NCBI GenBank assembly: GCA_045591885.1
Contig: JAZNTT010000047.1
Location: forward strand, 1-57,913
Direction: 5' to 3'
DNA length: 57,913 nucleotides
Source: Eubacteriales bacterium
GTDB lineage: Bacteria; Bacillota; Clostridia; Oscillospirales; CAG-272
Shown here: in pieces, positions 33,110 to 41,474 of the stretch
How positions within the stretch are numbered: position 1 is the stretch's first letter
Layout of the letters: each line of letters begins with the position of its first letter
Translations under genes and position numbers: made by a program
The notes under the pieces: generated by a model
What the model was told of the DNA's origin: nothing
Seen by the model: the letters and a program-made list of their open reading frames with translations, nothing else
The model's database searches: none

Positions 33110-35338
33110 ATGAATAAAGAAGTAAAATTATCAGTCAATAATTTGAAGATCTCCTTCCGTACCGATGCAGGAAAGGTGCAGGCAGTAAGAGACATTTCCT
33201 TCGACCTTTATAAGGGCGACACGCTTGCGATCGTCGGAGAATCCGGATCGGGCAAATCGGTTACTTCGAGAGCAGTTATGGGTATTTCGGCAGTAAACGC
33301 CATCTATGAGGGCGGCGAAATACTTTATGACGGTCAGGACCTCGTCCGTATACCGGAGGAGGAGATGCATAAGCTTCGCGGAGACAAGATCGCGATGATC
33401 TTCCAGGACCCGCTTTCCTCGCTTAACCCTATTATGCGAATCGGTAAGCAGATCACAGAGGCAATGCTCCTTAAAAATAAGGCAAACCGTAAAGAGGGCC
33501 GCGAGACCTTCAATAATACGCTTGCAGCACTGTCCGGCGTAATAAAGGAAGCGCTTGCTAAGAGCGGTAACGATACCGTTTCCGCAAAAGACGTAGACGA
33601 TTATATCAAGACCTTCGATAACTTCAATATCCAGGCGATCAAGCTTGAAAACAGCTATAACAATGCACGCACAGAGGCGGAGGAAATGATCGCGATCATA
33701 GAGGATCTTCTTTTCCTTACCGAAAAGAAGCAGAAGGTCGACGTTATCGCAACGCTCAAGCTCGTAAAGCGCAAGCTCGAATCGATCGAGGATAAGTATT
33801 TTGCAGGCAAGTATATGGACGTACTCAAGGACCATATAGCAAGCCTGGAGAATGCAAAGCGCGCAGAACGCAAGAAGGTAACGATAAAGGATTCTGCAAA
33901 GAAGGCAATGGGTGCGGGAGCATCCAAGAAGGAAGCATCCGAAGAGACCGTCGCAGTTCTCAAGGCGATCAAGGAGACCGCTTCCGAAATGCTTGCTCAG
34001 CCACAGTATAACTTCTTCAGAATCGGTTACTACGTGTATAAGCATCCCGAAACGGACCTTAGCCGGATGTCTGCCGACGAGGCAAACGAGATGGCAGTGA
34101 AGTTCCTCGACGAGGACTTTATGGATTCGTTTATGGCGCTTCAGAAGATCGCAGTACAGTATTCCTTCGATAAGACTCTCGAGAATAAGAAGGAAGCAAT
34201 TGAAGCGCTCAAGAACGCAGTTGACTTCTTCAAGGCAGGAAACTTCACTTCGCATGATGCCGATGCTGTCTGCAAGAGCGTCAATAAGAAGGTACTCGCA
34301 TCGATCGATCCTCTTGCGATCGTAAAGGATAACGTAGCGTATACCTTCCTCGGCGCTCTCGAAAGAGAAGTTGAAAAGTACTTCTTCTATATCAAGAATA
34401 ATCCGAAGGAAGAAGCTCGCTTCGCTAAGCAGACCGCAAAGAGAGAAGCTCTCATTGCAAAGGGCAAGACGGTGGACTGGAGCGTTGTTCCGAAGTCCGT
34501 TATCGAGCCCGAGGTGCAGATCGAGACTATCGTTTCGGTACTCTCGCGCGTAATGAATAAGTTCCGTGCAGACGTTAATAACGCAAATAGCTTTGACGCT
34601 GATAAGCGTTGCCTTGAGATAATAGATTATCTCAAGGAAAAGGCATCGCAGGTCGTTAATACGCTTACGAAGCGTATCGCAAAGGAAAAGGCGATCAAGC
34701 TTATGGACGAGGTCGGTATTCCCGAAGCGAGAATGCGTTTCAGACAGTATCCGTTTGAATTTTCGGGCGGTATGCGTCAGAGAATAGTTATTGCGATCGC
34801 ACTTTCCGCAAACCCCGATATCCTTATCTGTGACGAGCCGACGACGGCGCTTGATGTTACTATTCAGGCGCAGATCCTCGAGCTTATCAACCGCTTGAAG
34901 AGAGAGAGAAACCTCTCCATCATATTCATAACGCACGACCTCGGTGTTGTTGCAAATATGGCGGACAGAATTGCCGTTATGTATGCAGGTAAGATCGTAG
35001 AGTACGGTACCTCCAACGAGGTATTCTACAACCCGCAGCACCCCTATACCTGGGCGCTCCTTTCCTCTATGCCTGACCTTGATACCAACGAAAAGCTCGA
35101 CGCTATCCCCGGCACGCCTCCGAATATGATCTATCCTCCCGTAGGCGACGCATTTGCCGAAAGAAACAAGTACGCAATGGAGATCGATTACGAGATGCAG
35201 CCCCCTATGTTCGAGGTTTCGCCTACTCACTATGCGGCAACCTGGTTGCTCCATCCCAACGCGCCTAAGGTAGAGATCCCGAAGATCATTACCGAGCGTA
35301 TCAAGCGTATGAAAGAAAGAGGTGGCAACAATGACTAA
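33110..35338 (+). CDS. Opp-type ABC ATPase (OppD-like), 742 aa, with a ~400-aa insertion between the Q-loop and the signature motif
   Basis: Walker A GESGSGKS, Q-loop IAMIFQDP, then ~400 K/E/A-rich residues before FSGGMRQR, LICDEPTTALD and the C-terminal oligopeptide-ATPase motif NPQHPYTWALL. Confidence 0.9.
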   Translation: MNKEVKLSVNNLKISFRTDAGKVQAVRDISFDLYKGDTLAIVGESGSGKSVTSRAVMGISAVNAIYEGGEILYDGQDLVRIPEEEMHKLRGDKIAMIFQDPLSSLNPIMRIGKQITEAMLLKNKANRKEGRETFNNTLAALSGVIKEALAKSGNDTVSAKDVDDYIKTFDNFNIQAIKLENSYNNARTEAEEMIAIIEDLLFLTEKKQKVDVIATLKLVKRKLESIEDKYFAGKYMDVLKDHIASLENAKRAERKKVTIKDSAKKAMGAGASKKEASEETVAVLKAIKETASEMLAQPQYNFFRIGYYVYKHPETDLSRMSADEANEMAVKFLDEDFMDSFMALQKIAVQYSFDKTLENKKEAIEALKNAVDFFKAGNFTSHDADAVCKSVNKKVLASIDPLAIVKDNVAYTFLGALEREVEKYFFYIKNNPKEEARFAKQTAKREALIAKGKTVDWSVVPKSVIEPEVQIETIVSVLSRVMNKFRADVNNANSFDADKRCLEIIDYLKEKASQVVNTLTKRIAKEKAIKLMDEVGIPEARMRFRQYPFEFSGGMRQRIVIAIALSANPDILICDEPTTALDVTIQAQILELINRLKRERNLSIIFITHDLGVVANMADRIAVMYAGKIVEYGTSNEVFYNPQHPYTWALLSSMPDLDTNEKLDAIPGTPPNMIYPPVGDAFAERNKYAMEIDYEMQPPMFEVSPTHYAATWLLHPNAPKVEIPKIITERIKRMKERGGNND

Positions 35339-36593
35339 TAACAATGAAGTATTGTTGAAAGTAGACCATCTTTGCCAGTATTTCCGCTTGGGACGTAAGG
35401 ATCTTAAGGCAGTTGATGACGTAAGCTTTGATATAAAAAAGGGCGAAGCGTTCGGACTTGTCGGCGAGTCGGGATGCGGAAAGACGACTACAGGCCGTTC
35501 GATCATAAAGCTGTATAACATTACCTCGGGTAACGTATACTTTAAAGGTCAGAGAATCGGCGCAGGAACCCGCTCCTATAAGGACGCGATCTCGAAGGCG
35601 CGTAACGAGGCGGCAAAGAAGATCAAACTTCTTCGCGCCGAAAAGAACGTCGACGAGGCAAGAAAAGAGGAAATAAAGGCGGAGATCGAGAAGATCAATG
35701 ATGACCTTTATGAGACTGTTTCAAAGAACAGAGCGCTGATAAGAGACGCAAAATCCGACAGCAGAGCGGTCGATAAACAGCATTCCGCTTCTCTCGTCAA
35801 GGAGCTTGAGGCAGAATATGCCGAAAAGTTCAAGCTGGCTGAGGGCGATAGCGAAAAGCTCAGAACGCTCAAAAAGGAATACAGAAACCGCCTTCGCGTT
35901 GCTAAAAAGAGCCGACTTATCACCCAGATACAGATGATCTTCCAGGACCCGATCGCATCGCTTGACCCTCGTATGACGGTGCGCGATATCATCGCAGAGG
36001 GACTGGTAATCAACGGCATTACCGATAAGGAATACATCAACGAAAAGGTTTACGAGATCCTTGAAACAGTTGGTCTCGTTCGCGAGCACGCAGACCGTTA
36101 TCCTCACGAGTTCTCGGGCGGACAGCGTCAGCGTATCGGTATCGCAAGAGCAGTTATCATGCAGCCCGAAATGATAATCGCCGACGAGCCCATATCGGCA
36201 CTCGACGTGTCCATTCAGGCACAGGTAATCAACCTGCTAAACGACCTCCGTGAGCGTATGGGTCTTACCATTCTCTTCATCGCGCACGACCTTTCGGTAG
36301 TAAAATACTTCTCTGACAGAATCGGCGTAATGTATTTCGGAAAAATGGTTGAGCTGGCAGACTCGGATGAGCTGTTCAAGAATCCGCTTCATCCCTATAC
36401 GAGATCGCTTCTGTCTGCAATTCCGCTTCCGGACCCCGTGTATGAGAAGCAGCGCACGAGAATAGTTTATAATCCCATAGCGGAGCACGATTATTCAACC
36501 GACGCGCCCTCCTTCCGCGAGATCACACCCGGACACTTCGTTCACTGTAACGATGCAGAGGAAAAGAAATACAAGGAAATGATAAATCAGTAA
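35331..36593 (+). CDS. Opp-type ABC ATPase (OppF-like) with a ~110-aa insertion before the Q-loop
   Basis: The ATG at 35331 follows AGAGGTGG and overlaps the upstream stop (ATGACTAA). Walker A GESGCGKT, a charged insertion (AGTRSYKDAISKARNEAAKK...RLRVAKKSRL), then IQMIFQDP, FSGGQRQR, IIADEPISALD, NPLHPYTRSLL. Confidence 0.9.
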   Translation: MTNNNEVLLKVDHLCQYFRLGRKDLKAVDDVSFDIKKGEAFGLVGESGCGKTTTGRSIIKLYNITSGNVYFKGQRIGAGTRSYKDAISKARNEAAKKIKLLRAEKNVDEARKEEIKAEIEKINDDLYETVSKNRALIRDAKSDSRAVDKQHSASLVKELEAEYAEKFKLAEGDSEKLRTLKKEYRNRLRVAKKSRLITQIQMIFQDPIASLDPRMTVRDIIAEGLVINGITDKEYINEKVYEILETVGLVREHADRYPHEFSGGQRQRIGIARAVIMQPEMIIADEPISALDVSIQAQVINLLNDLRERMGLTILFIAHDLSVVKYFSDRIGVMYFGKMVELADSDELFKNPLHPYTRSLLSAIPLPDPVYEKQRTRIVYNPIAEHDYSTDAPSFREITPGHFVHCNDAEEKKYKEMINQ

Positions 36594-36612
36594 GGATCGA
36601 CGGATACAGCCA

Positions 36613-37038
36613 ATGAAACAGGAAAATAAATCGCGTTTAATCAAATATATAGTTTGTATTTGTGTCGCATCCTTGATCACGCTCGTGGTTTTTTGGATCC
36701 AGGGCTTTTTCACTCACAGTGTTGCGCGGAACCTGCAGGTTCTGGGCGACGGCTTTACCGTATCGGGAGCATTGTTTCTGATGTTTGCAGGAATGATGTT
36801 CATAAGCGGAGAGGGTGCTCTTATAGGAATAGGTTGGGTACTCAGAAACGCATTTCTGACGTTCGTTCCGATGGGAAGAAAAAGGCACGAATTATATCGT
36901 GATTATAGAGAGAGAAAGCTAAAAAACGCAAAAAAGTCAAGCGATCATTGCCTGCTTGCAGTAGGTCTTGTATTCTTTTTGATCGGCGTTGCGATTACCC
37001 TTATCTGGCATTATAATTTCTATAACGTAACAGCTTAA
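36613..37038 (+). CDS. DUF3899-like small membrane protein
   Basis: 141 aa with four hydrophobic segments and a basic loop RKRHELYRDYRERKLKNAKK. The family name is from memory. Confidence 0.6.
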   Translation: MKQENKSRLIKYIVCICVASLITLVVFWIQGFFTHSVARNLQVLGDGFTVSGALFLMFAGMMFISGEGALIGIGWVLRNAFLTFVPMGRKRHELYRDYRERKLKNAKKSSDHCLLAVGLVFFLIGVAITLIWHYNFYNVTA

Positions 37039-37041
37039 TAC

Positions 37042-37070
37042 AAGCCCCTCTATGTGAGGGGCTTTGCTTT
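37042..37070 (+). terminator. Rho-independent terminator
   Basis: AAGCCCCTC-tatgt-GAGGGGCTT followed by a T-rich stretch. Confidence 0.7.
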
Positions 37071-37075
37071 ATATT

Positions 37076-37105
37076 AAAAAGCACTTGCGTAGGCAAGTGC
37101 TTTTT
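37076..37105. terminator. Bidirectional terminator between convergent genes
   Basis: AAAAAGCACTTGC-gtag-GCAAGTGCTTTTT. Confidence 0.8.
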
Positions 37106-37109
37106 AATA

Positions 37110-38039
37110 TTACTTTGATTTCTTTTCCTTCTTCTTTTTGACCCTCTTTTTCTTGTCTATATCGGGATCCTCGAAAACCACCTCGGGAGCGCTGTCGAGA
37201 AGCCACGGATTGGCAAGATAACGGCGGAAGGTCTTGAAAGCAGATGCGTAAGCGAAGCCGTCACAAATACGCTCGTCGGTGACGACAGTATAGTCAATAT
37301 ACTTGCGGCGAACGGGATTTCCGTCGAGATCAAGCTCGCAAACGTGACGTTTCGTGCCGAACGCAATAAACAGCGGAACGTTACCGAAATTGTAAAGATG
37401 ATGGTATATCGGCGGGATACCGAGCGAACCCATCGAGGTAATGAACATCGAGCCGTGGAACGGGCTTACCTGCGTAAGACCGCCGGGGAGAAGTCCGAAA
37501 TAATCAAGCATTTTGAGTATCCAGACGACGAACTTCTTAATAAGACCGGGAACGTAGTTAAGAATACGTGCAACGCCGTCAAAAGCGTTCTCGCCGCCCG
37601 AAAAAGCATCGTTATAGGTCTTGGTAAAACGCTCGTAAACCTGCTCCGCAGTGTCGGCAGGCTCAAAAACCGCCTTGATAACGGTGTTGGTATTGGCGGA
37701 GGTCAGCTCCTCCTTTACCGCCATATTCACCTGAATGTTCTTGCGGGCGAAGATCTTCTGACCCGAGAGGAATCGGTTAAGATACGGCTTCTGTGAAACG
37801 GTGCGGACGTAGGCGGCGAGAATAACGTGCATAATGCCGAAATTCTTCAAGCCCTGCTCGCGCTTTTCTTTAACGTATTTTTCCGCCTGTGTCGTTTCAA
37901 ATTTATCGGAGAAAAAATTCGTCGCATCGTTGCGCTCGACCATTATGTAGGGAGAAACGTAATCATACGGATCGAGTCCGCGAACCTTGAATCCGTCGGC
38001 GCGGTCGCCGAGCTTTCTTCTTCTTTTTTCGTACATCAA
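37110..38039 (-). CDS. Stand-alone 2-oxoacid dehydrogenase E2/CAT-like acyltransferase catalytic-domain protein
   Basis: VVTDERICDGFAYASAF resembles the DHRxxDG catalytic motif of the E2/CAT superfamily. There is no lipoyl domain. It ends in a Lys-rich tail. Confidence 0.7.
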   Translation of the reverse strand: MMYEKRRRKLGDRADGFKVRGLDPYDYVSPYIMVERNDATNFFSDKFETTQAEKYVKEKREQGLKNFGIMHVILAAYVRTVSQKPYLNRFLSGQKIFARKNIQVNMAVKEELTSANTNTVIKAVFEPADTAEQVYERFTKTYNDAFSGGENAFDGVARILNYVPGLIKKFVVWILKMLDYFGLLPGGLTQVSPFHGSMFITSMGSLGIPPIYHHLYNFGNVPLFIAFGTKRHVCELDLDGNPVRRKYIDYTVVTDERICDGFAYASAFKTFRRYLANPWLLDSAPEVVFEDPDIDKKKRVKKKKEKKSK

Positions 38040-38288
38040 TATAATCCTTTCAAGGGTTGTATGGTGTTATCCTTAGAATTATATCAAAAAAAATTTGATA
38101 TGGCAACAGTTTTTTCATTATTTAAGTGAAAATCCTTAATAAACATAGAGCAAAACAAAATCGTTCGTCCAAAACCATCTGCAAAAACGAAACTGCGCCA
38201 CGGTTTTATCTTTTTTTCGCGCGAAAAACGAGGTAAGTATAAAACCACCCTAATATCGTCAAAAAGAGTTAAAAGGTGATTGAGCGAC

Positions 38289-38322
38289 TTCGACAGACTG
38301 TGCGTCCGACTTAGTGTAAAAT
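38289..38322 (+). promoter_or_regulatory. Candidate spoIIE promoter with a Spo0A box
   Basis: TTCGACA (38289-38295) is the reverse complement of the 0A-box TGTCGAA. TAAAAT at 38317-38322 is a possible -10. Confidence 0.35.
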
Positions 38323-38354
38323 GTGAAATACTAAAACAAAGGACGGACAAAAAA

Positions 38355-40712
38355 ATGGAAAAAACGGGCTATGAGAAGAAAAAAGAAAAGGGAATTTTGG
38401 GCGGACTATCAAAATGGGTCGGTACATATATCAAAACCGAAAAGAAATCGGAAAAAACGGAGGGCAAGGTCGCCGAAGCGGGAATAAGGGGCATTTTCTC
38501 ATTCACCCTCGCATTTGTGCTTTCGCGTGCCGAGGTGATGGGCGGAACGATGCCGTTTGGTCTATCGTATCTGTGCGGAAGCGAAAAGCACGTTGGCTGG
38601 GTGCTTAGCGGGATATTGCTTTCAAGCCTTTACGGTGAAAAACGAACGATATATTTTGTCGCCGCATTGCTTATCGCAACACTTCGCCTTGCGGTGTCTT
38701 ACATACTTGAAGGCAGGCGCGAAAGGATATTTTCCGAGCCTATATCGCTCAGGCTCGCTGTCGGTGCGGCGGGAGGCTTTGTCTGCGGAATTTACGGAAT
38801 TTTCGCAGGAGGCTTCAGAAAAGAACAGCTCTTTCAGGCAATCTTTTTGATATTTGCAGTGCCGCTTGCGGCATATCTTTATTCAGGTGCAACGAGTGAA
38901 AAGGGAATCGGCGAAACACAGCGAGAGCTTGGATCGTTTACGATTTATTTATCGTTTCTTATCGGTCTGAGCAGCTTCAATTTTCTCGGCTTTTCTCCCG
39001 CCACCGTTGTCGGCTCGCTTATGACCTTGACGACAGCTCTCAGCGGCGGAAGCGTCAAGGGAGGCCTTATCGGAATGGCGGGCGGACTCTGTATTAACGC
39101 TCCGCAGGCGGTCATGATGGGACTGATGGGCGCGATCACGGGAAGCCTAAGGCGTTATTCGCAGATCGCGGCGGTAGGCGGCGGATGTGCGGGCGGAGTG
39201 ATATTTGCGCTGCTCACGGGCGGAAGCGCATCGCTTATGACAACGGTTCCAGCGCTTTTGTGGGGCGGGGCAATATGTCTGCCGATAGTGCGCTTCGGCG
39301 GAGCGGGGAAGCTGAATATCCTCGGAAGCAGAACGCTTATGAGCGAGGAGGCATCGAGCAGTACGATGCTGATAGCGCAAAAAGAGGAGGCAATGGCGGC
39401 TCGTTTGAGCGCGCTATCCGATGCCATGACCTCACTGTCGGGCGTTTTCTATGCGCTCTCAAACCGCCTGACCTCGCCGGGCGCGTGGCAGGTAAGAGGA
39501 ATATGCGAGGCATCGTTCAAGAAGTACTGCAAATCCTGTCAGCAGAGTACCGTCTGCTGGGGACGTGAATACGAAAGAACCGCAGACGTGATGAATAAGC
39601 TTGCAAACGCCGTCGTGCTCCACGGCAACGCCGATTCCTCGTACGTTCCGAGCCACTTTCTCGACGTGTGTCCGAATACGGTAAAGGCGCTTTCGGAGGT
39701 CAACCTCTCCCACGCGCGGCTGCTTGAAAATGCCGCACGGCAGAATAAGACGGAGGTCTTTGCCCTCGATTACGAGGCGATGGCAAAGCTGCTCTCCGAG
39801 GCATCGGAGGAGAACGCGCAGGAGTACGTTCTCGACAACGCACTGACTGAAAAGGTACGAACGGCGGCGCTCGATATGGGAATGGGCTTTCACAGTATAG
39901 CGGTTTACGGAAAAAGAAAAAAAACCGTCATCGGCGGCGGGATCGACCTTGAAAACGTACGTATCTCAACAGAGGAAATGAGAGAGATCTTCTCATCCGC
40001 TTGCGGAGTAGAGCTGACGTCTCCCGAGTTCAAGCTCGATGAGGATTATACGACAATGCTTGCGACGGCAAAAAGAAATATAGGCTGTGAATCGGCACGC
40101 GCCTCGGTAAAGAAGAAGGGCGAGGAGGTAAACGGTGACAGCGCGATAGTATTTGAAAACCGAGAGGACAAGTATTACGCATTGATAAGCGACGGAATGG
40201 GAAGCGGAGAGGACGCTTCGATGACCTCTAAAACAACGGGAATATTTCTCAGTAAGCTCCTGTCTGCGGGCAATAAAAAGCACACCGTCCTCAAAATGCT
40301 CAATAACTTCATAAGAAACAAGAACCTCGAATGCTTTGCAACCGTCGATCTGCTTGAAATTGATATGCTGACGGGAGAGGCATCGTTCATCAAAAGCGGT
40401 GCGGCGGCGTCGTACGTGATACGAAAAGGCCGTCTTTTCAAAATCGCATCGACCTCGCTTCCTATCGGAATAACCCGAGAAATTGCTTCGGAGGAGGTCA
40501 AGTTCAAGCTCGAAAAGGACGACCTTATCGTGATGGTCAGCGACGGCGTCAGCCAAAGCTTTGAGGACGGCGCGTGGCTTCTTTCGATGCTGTCGGACGA
40601 GATCGACCCGAAGGGCCCGCTTGCGAATATCGCCCGTTCAATTCTCGAGCAGGCGAAGAAGAAAAACGAGAGAAGCGACGATATGACGGTCGTCGCAGTC
40701 AGAGTCATTTAA
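38355..40712 (+). CDS. spoIIE: Stage II sporulation protein E (multi-TM PP2C phosphatase)
   Basis: A ~10-TM N-terminal half and a C-terminal PP2C domain (GDSAIVF...YYALISDGMGSGEDASMTS...FATVDLLEIDMLTGEASFIKSGAAASYV...DLIVMVSDGV...DDMTVVAVRV). The start at 38355 is preferred over the track start. Confidence 0.9.
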   Translation: MEKTGYEKKKEKGILGGLSKWVGTYIKTEKKSEKTEGKVAEAGIRGIFSFTLAFVLSRAEVMGGTMPFGLSYLCGSEKHVGWVLSGILLSSLYGEKRTIYFVAALLIATLRLAVSYILEGRRERIFSEPISLRLAVGAAGGFVCGIYGIFAGGFRKEQLFQAIFLIFAVPLAAYLYSGATSEKGIGETQRELGSFTIYLSFLIGLSSFNFLGFSPATVVGSLMTLTTALSGGSVKGGLIGMAGGLCINAPQAVMMGLMGAITGSLRRYSQIAAVGGGCAGGVIFALLTGGSASLMTTVPALLWGGAICLPIVRFGGAGKLNILGSRTLMSEEASSSTMLIAQKEEAMAARLSALSDAMTSLSGVFYALSNRLTSPGAWQVRGICEASFKKYCKSCQQSTVCWGREYERTADVMNKLANAVVLHGNADSSYVPSHFLDVCPNTVKALSEVNLSHARLLENAARQNKTEVFALDYEAMAKLLSEASEENAQEYVLDNALTEKVRTAALDMGMGFHSIAVYGKRKKTVIGGGIDLENVRISTEEMREIFSSACGVELTSPEFKLDEDYTTMLATAKRNIGCESARASVKKKGEEVNGDSAIVFENREDKYYALISDGMGSGEDASMTSKTTGIFLSKLLSAGNKKHTVLKMLNNFIRNKNLECFATVDLLEIDMLTGEASFIKSGAAASYVIRKGRLFKIASTSLPIGITREIASEEVKFKLEKDDLIVMVSDGVSQSFEDGAWLLSMLSDEIDPKGPLANIARSILEQAKKKNERSDDMTVVAVRVI

Positions 40713-40751
40713 TTGATCGCAGGGGGAGCTTCCTTAAATCGAAAGGGGTAT

Positions 40752-40856
40752 CCAAAGGGGAAAACGTGTGCAGAATTTTGCAAAGGCAAAATTCAAGCCC
40801 GTTTCCCCCTTGGCGTGTTTTCTTTTGGAACTTTTCTTTGCACGAGCAAAGAAAAG
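40752..40856. repeat. Nested hairpin element plus the repeat motif shared with 22959-23035
   Basis: An outer imperfect stem CCAAAGGGGAAAACG (40752-66) / CGTTTCCCCCTTGG (40800-13) encloses the perfect GAATTTTGC-aaag-GCAAAATTC (40773-94). It is followed by an 11-bp perfect hairpin CTTTTCTTTGC-acga-GCAAAGAAAAG (40831-56). Confidence 0.55.
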
Positions 40857-40867
40857 TGGAAAGAACG

Positions 40868-41372
40868 TTACATTTCCTTCTTTATCCTCTCAATTGCTCC
40901 CTTTTCAACCCTCGAAACCTGTGCCTGCGAGATCCCGATCTCCGACGCGATCTCCATCTGCGTCCGTCCCTTGTAAAACCGCAAATTCAAAATAGTCTTT
41001 TCACGCTCCGAGAGATTTTTAAGCGCCTCTCGGAGCGCGATGCTTTCAAGCCAGCTCTCCTCTGATGCAGTATCGTCACGAAGCTGATCCATAACGTAAA
41101 GGGAATCGTCACCGTCACCGTAAACGGGATCGTAGATCGAGATCGGCGCTGAAATCGCTTCAAGAGCGCGCGAGACCTCTTCTTTTGTTTTCGTATCGCC
41201 TTCCTTGTTAAGCTCCTCGACGATCTCATCAATTGTCGCATCCTTGCAGTCGCGCCGCGAAATGATCTCCTTTGCCTGTAAAGCGCGATAGGCGAGATCG
41301 CGTAGCGAACGGCTTACGCGGACAGAGTTGTTGTCGCGTAAATACCGCTTTATCTCACCAATTATCATCGGC
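40868..41372 (-). pseudogene. 5'-truncated sporulation-type sigma factor (SigG/SigF-like); only regions 2.4-4.2 are present
   Basis: PMIIGEIKRYLRDNNSVRVSRSLRDLAYRALQAKE...EREKTILNLRFYKGRTQMEIASEIGISQAQVSRVEK aligns by eye with the C-terminal two-thirds of Bacillus SigG. The ~90 N-terminal residues (core-binding and -10 melting regions) are absent. An in-frame TAG lies 5 codons upstream of the TTG at 41419. Confidence 0.65.
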
Positions 41373-41412
41373 ATGAATATACCGAGGCGAAAAAAGAAAT
41401 TTATCAAAACTA

Positions 41413-41441
41413 TTGCCAATGAGGGGGAAATGCGCTATAAT
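41413..41441 (+). promoter_or_regulatory. sigmaA-type promoter of metY-metA
   Basis: TTGCCA (41413-18), a 17-nt spacer, then TATAAT (41436-41). The leader to the ATG is only ~30 nt. Confidence 0.6.
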
Positions 41442-41474
41442 TATTCTAATAAACCCCTAAAGGAGCAAAACCAA

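Noticed and set aside
40574-41065. Plus-strand ORFs 40574-41065, 40713-40976 and 40768-40995
   Set aside because: They read through the palindromic repeat element and then antisense to the sigma-factor fragment. This is repeat-derived pseudo-coding sequence.
41420-41474. Looked for an S-box (SAM) riboswitch or T-box leader ahead of metY-metA, and a T-box ahead of glyA (4711-4843)
   Set aside because: The distance from the -10 to the metY ATG is only ~30 nt, far too short for either element. The glyA leader is also short and lacks a specifier/T-box architecture.
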